The position numbers were made by a program, and so were the translations under genes. From Candidatus Hodarchaeota archaeon (GTDB taxonomy: Archaea > Asgardarchaeota > Heimdallarchaeia > Hodarchaeales > Hodarchaeaceae), in contig JAEOTM010000077.1 of the NCBI GenBank assembly GCA_016839815.1, forward strand, positions 1 through 11,793: 11,793 nt of DNA, read 5' to 3'. Below the pieces are notes generated by a model that made no database searches, was not told the origin of the DNA, and saw only the letters and a list, made by a program, of their open reading frames with translations. Shown piece by piece: positions 1 to 5,507 of this stretch; the stretch's first letter is position 1; the number at the start of each line of letters is the position of its first letter.

Positions 1-74
1 GGCCAATGAGTAATTAAATCTTCTGTTAGCTTATCTACCCAGTGTAACATGATTGGTTTTGGATGGCCACTCAT
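1..74 (-). CDS. lysS: 5' end of probable class I lysyl-tRNA synthetase (partial, runs off the left edge)
   Basis: Not in the ORF track. Minus-strand translation from ATG at 74 (alternative in-frame ATG at 50) gives MSGHPKPIMLHWVDKLTEDLITHW(P). 'M-x-HW-x-D-x-x-x-E-x-x-I' is the typical N-terminus of archaeal class I LysRS. Only about 24 codons are visible. Confidence 0.6.
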   Translation of the reverse strand, partial: MSGHPKPIMLHWVDKLTEDLITHW

Positions 75-295
75 TTATTGCTTCCACATCTGATTATTTT
101 AGTCAAAGAGAAAGATGGCGAAGAGTTTAAAAAGAACAATCTTAATTATCAATTAGCACTCCCTTAATCTAACAATATCAAGTCATCAGGAAAAGGGTAT
201 ATTCGATTTTGGTTGTGATGTTCTCATTTCAAAATCTCATGATAGGGATTACTTGTGATGGATAGTCACTTATTTATGGGTTATTTGAGGTTGTA

Positions 296-311
296 GAGAA
301 TAATTTTTAAT
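296..311 (+). promoter_or_regulatory. Putative BRE/TATA promoter of the GlmU-like gene
   Basis: GAGAA followed by TAATTTTTAAT about 37-50 nt upstream of the ATG at 348. The background is AT-rich, so this is weak. Confidence 0.3.
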
Positions 312-347
312 TTGGTTTACAATTCGGTAATGGGTTAGTGAAAATAA

Positions 348-1565
348 ATGATGAAAGCATTAGTACTCACTGGTGGTAGTGGAAAGGAAATGCTACCATT
401 ATCCAGGTATTGTCCAAAAACTATGTTGCGGATCCATGGGAAATATGTGATCGAGTATGTTTTAGATGGATTAATTGAAACAGGAGTAGAAGAGTTTATC
501 GTTGTCACTGGCTATCAGGGGGAAAAATTACACGGAGTTATTGAGACTTATCGGTCTCGTGGAGTTAATATTCAGACTGTAAATCAAGGAGATAGAAAAG
601 GAATCGAAGGTGCAATTCTGTCTGCACAGGCTCATTTTGGTAAGGATAAACCTTTCCTCTTAGCTTATGGTGATATTATTGCCCCCTCAATGTTTTATCA
701 TCACCTCCTGAACTCGTATATCAATACTGCTGCGGATGGGGCGATTTCAGTAACCCTTATTGGAAAATCCCAAGAATTTGGAATCGCAAATATCGACGAT
801 CATGGGTTCATTAAGAAAATCTCTCCCGATCCTTCTTCTGCGGAAAATGACACAAATTATATCTTCGCAGGAGCTTCCATCCTTCCGGGGGAATTTTTTG
901 ATATGCTGACTGAAGAGGAAAAACTTACTAAAGCACTTACTCGTCTGTTGAAGGAACAACGACGTATCTGTGCTTCTGTCTGGCAGGACGAATGGATTGA
1001 TGTAGGGTATGGATGGGATTTATTAGCCGCGAATCAGGATATTTTCAAGGGTTTAAATTATGCTCGTATCCATAAATCCGCTAAAATTTCTCCCTCAGCT
1101 CACATTTCTGGATTGGTTCTTATAGAGGAGGGGGTTACGATTGATCACAATGCAGAAATTGTTGGTCCTTGTTTCATTGGAAAAAATGCCTATATTGGTA
1201 CTAACAGTTTGATTCGTAATTATGCATGCATCGGTATGAATTCGAAGATTGGTTATTCGGTTGAAGTGAAGAATTCCGTGATCCAACCGAAGGTGAAAAT
1301 TGGCCGTTTATCGTTTGTCGGTGATAGTGTTATTGGAGAGAATGTACTAATCGGATCTGGAGTAACTACGATGAATGTTTTACGAGATGATGAACAACAA
1401 AAATCATCTCAAGAAATCAAGGGAAGAAAATACCATAAACTTGGAGCTATCATTGGTCCGAACTCGGTTATTGGTTCAAATTCCGTTATCAAGCCCTATG
1501 TTATTATTGATGCGGATCAGGTTATTGCAGATGGAACTGTAATAAAAAAGAAAAATTCAAAATAA
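348..1565 (+). CDS. glmU: Archaeal GlmU-like protein (sugar-phosphate nucleotidyltransferase domain + hexapeptide left-handed beta-helix); catalytic motifs degenerate
   Basis: N-terminal MKALVLTGGSG..PLS...PK, LAYGD and WIDVGYGWDLLAAN. C-terminal hexapeptide repeats (VLIEEGVTIDHNAEIVGPCFIGKNAYIG; VEVKNSVI; GDSVIGENV; KLGAIIG). The symbol denotes family homology only; see findings for the lost catalytic residues. The start could be 348 or 351. Confidence 0.85.
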   Translation: MMKALVLTGGSGKEMLPLSRYCPKTMLRIHGKYVIEYVLDGLIETGVEEFIVVTGYQGEKLHGVIETYRSRGVNIQTVNQGDRKGIEGAILSAQAHFGKDKPFLLAYGDIIAPSMFYHHLLNSYINTAADGAISVTLIGKSQEFGIANIDDHGFIKKISPDPSSAENDTNYIFAGASILPGEFFDMLTEEEKLTKALTRLLKEQRRICASVWQDEWIDVGYGWDLLAANQDIFKGLNYARIHKSAKISPSAHISGLVLIEEGVTIDHNAEIVGPCFIGKNAYIGTNSLIRNYACIGMNSKIGYSVEVKNSVIQPKVKIGRLSFVGDSVIGENVLIGSGVTTMNVLRDDEQQKSSQEIKGRKYHKLGAIIGPNSVIGSNSVIKPYVIIDADQVIADGTVIKKKNSK

Positions 1566-1596
1566 AAAAAGAGGGGAAAAGGATGGAACTTCTCCT
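1564..1596 (-). terminator. Pyrimidine/oligo-U terminator downstream of the 233-aa gene, in a convergent junction
   Basis: Minus strand reads ...CCTTTTCCCCTCTTTTTTT shortly after the stop at 1597. Archaeal termination typically occurs at U-rich tracts. Confidence 0.5.
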
Positions 1597-2298
1597 TTAA
1601 ACATCTAGACGTTCAGATGGGACATAGGATAAGATTCCACGAATAGCTTTTTCCTTTTTGTTAACACGAAAAACATTGGGTATTCGGTAGATATGCGGGT
1701 CAGTTTCTGGTTTAATGAAGATATCACCACTTAAGAAAAGCATCTTCTCAAAAATGTCTGGAGTGGTTTTCTCGATATGAGCATGTTGAGCATTCCCAAA
1801 TCGTCGTTCATCTCCAAGAATTCCACGATGATGATAGATTTCTGTTGGAGAGATTAACCAGTAATCGATTCTCGAGTAGAGATACACCAATATGAAGTGT
1901 GCAATCATCAATATGTCAAAAAACAAATAGAAATCTGTCGACATATGAATGTCTGGAGCTGTGAGACTAAGCTTCAGTAGGTCACCAACTTGTTCCTGGA
2001 GTAAAACGAATACAAGAACCAAAATGATAAAACCTGCTGCGATTAAAGCTGTTTTTCCAAGTCCAAAGTCAAAAGCAACAATCAGGAAGTTAAAGGCAAA
2101 GACTGCAAAGAAAAATGTACCCATCTGATTCATTAATGCAGTATCGCCCGCGTCCATGAAGAATGCTTGGATTATGAAAATAATTATTCCTACAATCATT
2201 GATGGATAGAAAAATAGTGTTTCAGGATAAGATCGAACGATTAGATACTTTTTTTCCTTATTATCTTTTGTTTTCTTTTTTTCTGTAACCTGTGCCAT
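1597..2298 (-). CDS. Membrane protein with about 4 TM helices and a C-terminal bacterial PH (bPH_2)-like domain
   Basis: Lys-rich N-terminus and four hydrophobic segments, then YWLISPTEIYHHRGIL...IEKTTPDIFEKMLFLSGDIFIK...IPNV. This matches the bPH pattern (Y-x-I-T/S...G-I-L...G-D/T-I-x-I...I-x-N-V). SD-like AAGGAG lies about 9 nt upstream of the ATG. Confidence 0.65.
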   Translation of the reverse strand: MAQVTEKKKTKDNKEKKYLIVRSYPETLFFYPSMIVGIIIFIIQAFFMDAGDTALMNQMGTFFFAVFAFNFLIVAFDFGLGKTALIAAGFIILVLVFVLLQEQVGDLLKLSLTAPDIHMSTDFYLFFDILMIAHFILVYLYSRIDYWLISPTEIYHHRGILGDERRFGNAQHAHIEKTTPDIFEKMLFLSGDIFIKPETDPHIYRIPNVFRVNKKEKAIRGILSYVPSERLDV

Positions 2299-2524
2299 AA
2301 AAAATATCTCCTTTACAGAATTAAGGAGAAAATATCTTTTTGCCTCTTAAGTATCTTTGTATTCTCGAAACGGTAAGTAACTATATCAATTGATGAACTG
2401 GATAGGGTGAGAATAGTATTATTTAAGATAACCAAACATCTCAAATCTCATTAATCCTCCGTCCTCTAGATCGAGTTGGTCATTTTCGTTTACCTCTGTG
2501 TGAGAACTTTTTCTAGCAGAAGGA

Positions 2525-2700
2525 TAGTAAAATTCTATATAATTTCAAATTCAAAATCATCAACTTTTTTATATCTCCCTTATGAATCATTTTCATGTTT
2601 TCCTGTCGAAATAAATCGAAATTATGGTTGAATGCTTATCACATTCACATTCAACCCTTGAAAAATGATTTCAAGCAGTATAGTAGAATTTATAACCGAG
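2525..2700. other. Candidate replication origin / Orc1-Cdc6 binding region upstream of cdc6
   Basis: AT-rich tract (~2526-2575). TTCCTGTCGAAAT (2600-2612) matches the mini-ORB-type TTCCAGTGGAAAT at 11/13 positions. Two adjacent perfect inverted repeats lie at 2626-2656 and 2657-2675. The region is directly upstream of orc1/cdc6. No G-string-containing full ORB was seen. Confidence 0.35.
2626..2675. repeat. Two back-to-back inverted repeats
   Basis: GGTTGAATG (2626-2634) pairs with CATTCAACC (2648-2656). CTTGAAA (2657-2663) pairs with TTTCAAG (2669-2675). Confidence 0.75.
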
Positions 2701-2806
2701 AATTGCAGACCTCACTTTGATAGAGCACTTAGGAGGTATATTAAGTCCCAATTTTTCTGTATCCTTAGATACGATTTTAATAATTGATTATCTGCTCGTT
2801 CAGTAT

Positions 2807-4060
2807 ATGGAACAGACTTCAATGACTAACTCAAATTATGACTTATTTGAATCGTTAAACCATCCTTCGCATATTTTTCAAAATGAGGAAGTCTTTGAAC
2901 CATCTTTTATTCCCGAATGTCTTTTACATCGGGAGCAAGAGCTTGCAACTCTCGCTCAGTACTTTAAACCTATTCTCAATACTAACTCTCCCGCTTTGGG
3001 AACTCATGCAGTAATTCAAGGATCAGTTGGACTGGGAAAAACTACCATTGTCAAACAATTTGGAAGTACTCTTCAAGCTTATAGTCGACAAAGGCAAAGA
3101 GAAGATATTGCTCAAATTCTCTTTTTTCATCTCAATTGCCGGAGACAAAGGTCTTGGAATATTCTCTTTACTACTATACTTCGTCAGCTAGTACCCGCAT
3201 TTCCTGTAAGAGGATTCAGTGCTGCTGAACTTCTCACTTATATTAGCTCGGTTATGAAGGAACGGAATCAAAAGCTTTTACTTTGTCTTGATGAAATTGA
3301 TTATTTGATTCCTACAGCGAAAGGCCAGGATATTCTCTATGGGTTGATTCGTATGAACGAGGGAAATACTCTCGATTCAAATTCACCTCTTTCATTAATT
3401 CTCGTTACTCGAAGTCCTTATCTCTATTCCTACCTTGATTCTGCCCTCTACTCGTCTCTTAGTAAACGAATGATAATTTTTCATCCGTACAGTACTGCAC
3501 AGCTTTCTGACATCCTTTTTTCAAGAGCAAAACAAGGTTTAAAAGATTGTACATATACTAATGAAATAATTAAGGAAATTGCTAGTATTGCACATACCTC
3601 TGGAGATGCACGGTATGCTCTTGAACTTTTATGGAGAGCTGGGAAGGTGGCTGAGGGTGAACACTGTAGTGAACTTACGTTTGAACACGTGAGAAAAGCT
3701 CAAGTAAGTTGTTTCCCCATTAAACAAACTTTGATTACTGACCTTCCCCTACATCAGAAAATTGTATTATTTTCGATTGCCAGTGTGTTAAACCGTCAAA
3801 CTAATTCCATGTACACATTAACTGCGGATATTAAGCGAAAATATGAAGCTCTGTGTCAATCTAAAGATATTATCCCTCGAAAACAAACTCAATTCTGGGT
3901 TTATATGCAGGAACTTCATAAGATAGGTCTAATTAAACTAGAAGTGATTAATCGTCATAATAAGGGAAAATCACGCGGGAGAATAGGAAAAGTGGGGATT
4001 TCAGACTTTCCTGTCCTTGAACTTATGCAATTACTCCAGTCAGATCTCTTCGAGAAATAA
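2807..4060 (+). CDS. cdc6: Orc1/Cdc6 family replication initiation protein (AAA+ ATPase + winged helix)
   Basis: IFQNEEVFEPSFIPECLLHREQEL N-terminal motif, Walker A GSVGLGKT, HLNCR, FPVRGFS, Walker B LCLDEID, sensor-2 region GDARYALELL, C-terminal wHTH with a KGKSRGR wing. The ORF track starts at TTG 2717. Family similarity begins after ATG 2807/2822, and a TATA-like TTTTAATA (~2776-2783) sits about 25-30 nt upstream of 2807. Confidence 0.95.
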   Translation: MEQTSMTNSNYDLFESLNHPSHIFQNEEVFEPSFIPECLLHREQELATLAQYFKPILNTNSPALGTHAVIQGSVGLGKTTIVKQFGSTLQAYSRQRQREDIAQILFFHLNCRRQRSWNILFTTILRQLVPAFPVRGFSAAELLTYISSVMKERNQKLLLCLDEIDYLIPTAKGQDILYGLIRMNEGNTLDSNSPLSLILVTRSPYLYSYLDSALYSSLSKRMIIFHPYSTAQLSDILFSRAKQGLKDCTYTNEIIKEIASIAHTSGDARYALELLWRAGKVAEGEHCSELTFEHVRKAQVSCFPIKQTLITDLPLHQKIVLFSIASVLNRQTNSMYTLTADIKRKYEALCQSKDIIPRKQTQFWVYMQELHKIGLIKLEVINRHNKGKSRGRIGKVGISDFPVLELMQLLQSDLFEK

Positions 4061-4069
4061 AGGACTTTC

Positions 4070-5350
4070 TTACGAGGCTATATGATTAGGACTTTCAGTC
4101 AATCTATATACCTTTTGTCCTTCAAAAAGGAGAATTTGTCCAGCTATTATCAAAATTAAGATAATAAATGAAAGAAATTGTGCTGAAATACCAGTAATGA
4201 CGAAGAGTGCTAAACAACTAGAAATTACAAGTCGTTGATACAGATCTTTCAAAAAGAGTGCGATGACAAGGATTACACCAAATCCTAGTAACGTGAATAA
4301 CCAAATAATGTCTTGAAGTTTAAGGAATAGTATAAGCTCTGAGAATATTGACCCACCAAATGAACCATCCAAAATCCGTTCCTCTGTGTTATAAAAAAAG
4401 ACTGTAGAATTTAAAACCTCCATTATACCAAATGGAAGACTCACTAGAATGCTTAAAACACCAGCTATCATACTTTTAATGACTACTTCAATATATTCTT
4501 GCTTTCTAAGATATTCCACTATATAAGCAACAATGAATATCCCCGCAAAATATTTTGAAAGCATACTTAGGGACCAGAAAAAGATAACCAGATTTGTTTG
4601 TTTTCGTTTATGGAAATACCACCCAGCAATAAAAAAAGTCTGTGCTAAACAGACATTATTCCAAATGAGGATTAAAAATAAAAATGTTCCAAGTACAGCT
4701 GCCTGTTTACCTTTAATTTCAAGAATTTCTCGTAATAAGTAAATTGATACACACATTAACGCGAGATTAGCAATGAGAATTCCCATCTCGTTGAATCCAG
4801 GTAATGGTATGGCCAGCTCATTAAATCCAGGTAGTTGTATTTCAGATACAGGAATCAGACTGGACAAGAAATTCAACCCTCCTAGAAGCATTGCATACGA
4901 GAGTAAGTCCACTGGTAGATATGCATAAGTCACATATCGAAAAGGGAGAGGATAGGGCTGTGCATGGGGAATCTCTGCGACAACATAGGGATTTTTTCCT
5001 TCCCAAAACAGACGTGCTCCTGCTATCACTCCTTGAGTGATATCCCCTGTAAAAATGATATCTCGGAATACAGTATAAAGAATGAGGGTGATAACAATTC
5101 CTACATAAAGAATTCCCTCTGATAGTTTCATTTCTCGTTTAGTATAGGCAAACCAAATTCCAAAGACTAGAACAAGATTATAAGCGATTATTCCGATCCA
5201 ATAACTGTGATCTAGTACTTGAAAGTCTCCTTTTATCCATGCAATGATGATAAATAAGCTAGTTGGGATAGCGGCAAATAAAATAATTAATAATTCTGTT
5301 TTATATAGGACTGCCTTCTTTTGGAGATTTGAGAATAGTGAATCAGCCAT
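4070..5350 (-). CDS. Polytopic membrane protein, GT87/DUF2029-like (GT-C fold) glycosyltransferase
   Basis: About 11-12 hydrophobic segments. Extracytoplasmic loop TGDITQGVIAGARLFWEGKNPY...YVTYAYLP resembles the GT87 'D...A....G.NPY...Y.Y.P' signature, with a later SKYF motif. ATG at 5350 is preferred; the ORF track extends to TTG 5404. Confidence 0.6.
   Translation of the reverse strand: MADSLFSNLQKKAVLYKTELLIILFAAIPTSLFIIIAWIKGDFQVLDHSYWIGIIAYNLVLVFGIWFAYTKREMKLSEGILYVGIVITLILYTVFRDIIFTGDITQGVIAGARLFWEGKNPYVVAEIPHAQPYPLPFRYVTYAYLPVDLLSYAMLLGGLNFLSSLIPVSEIQLPGFNELAIPLPGFNEMGILIANLALMCVSIYLLREILEIKGKQAAVLGTFLFLILIWNNVCLAQTFFIAGWYFHKRKQTNLVIFFWSLSMLSKYFAGIFIVAYIVEYLRKQEYIEVVIKSMIAGVLSILVSLPFGIMEVLNSTVFFYNTEERILDGSFGGSIFSELILFLKLQDIIWLFTLLGFGVILVIALFLKDLYQRLVISSCLALFVITGISAQFLSFIILILIIAGQILLFEGQKVYRLTESPNHIAS
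4783..4840 (-). repeat. In-frame 30-bp tandem duplication (LPGFNE x2) inside the GT87-like gene
   Basis: 4783-4810 versus 4813-4840 are identical at 23/28 nt. The protein reads IQLPGFNELA-IPLPGFNEMG. Confidence 0.85.
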
Positions 5351-5480
5351 CTTTGTCCTTCCAGCGTTATCTGGAATAGTATCCTCCTTCCTATAATTAG
5401 TCAACGCTAGAAGAATATAATGATGAACATTGATATTATATCGTAAAAACTAAAAAAATTAAGAATTTAGGAACGTATGT

Positions 5481-5507
5481 AAAAAAAGAAAAAAGAGGGA
5501 AGGGGAT
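5481..5507 (-). terminator. Pyrimidine/oligo-U terminator after the surface glycoprotein gene
   Basis: Minus strand reads ATCCCCTTCCCTCTTTTTTCTTTTTTT immediately after the stop codon. Confidence 0.6.

Noticed and set aside
75-347. Possible RNA gene or repeat in the lysS-glmU spacer (TTGTGATG occurs twice)
   Set aside because: No tRNA cloverleaf or convincing stem; a single 8-mer repeat is compatible with chance in AT-rich DNA.
747-1286. Minus-strand ORFs 747..959 and 1095..1286
   Set aside because: Short antisense shadows of the GlmU-like gene with no recognisable motifs.
2717-2806. 30-codon N-terminal extension of cdc6 from TTG 2717
   Set aside because: No Cdc6-like sequence in the extension, and a TATA-like element lies inside it at the right distance from ATG 2807. 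The AGGAGGT at 2731-2737 has no suitably spaced in-frame start codon.
4533-4742. Plus-strand 69-aa ORF
   Set aside because: Antisense to the hydrophobic GT87-like gene; Lys-rich composition is the expected shadow of T-rich codons.
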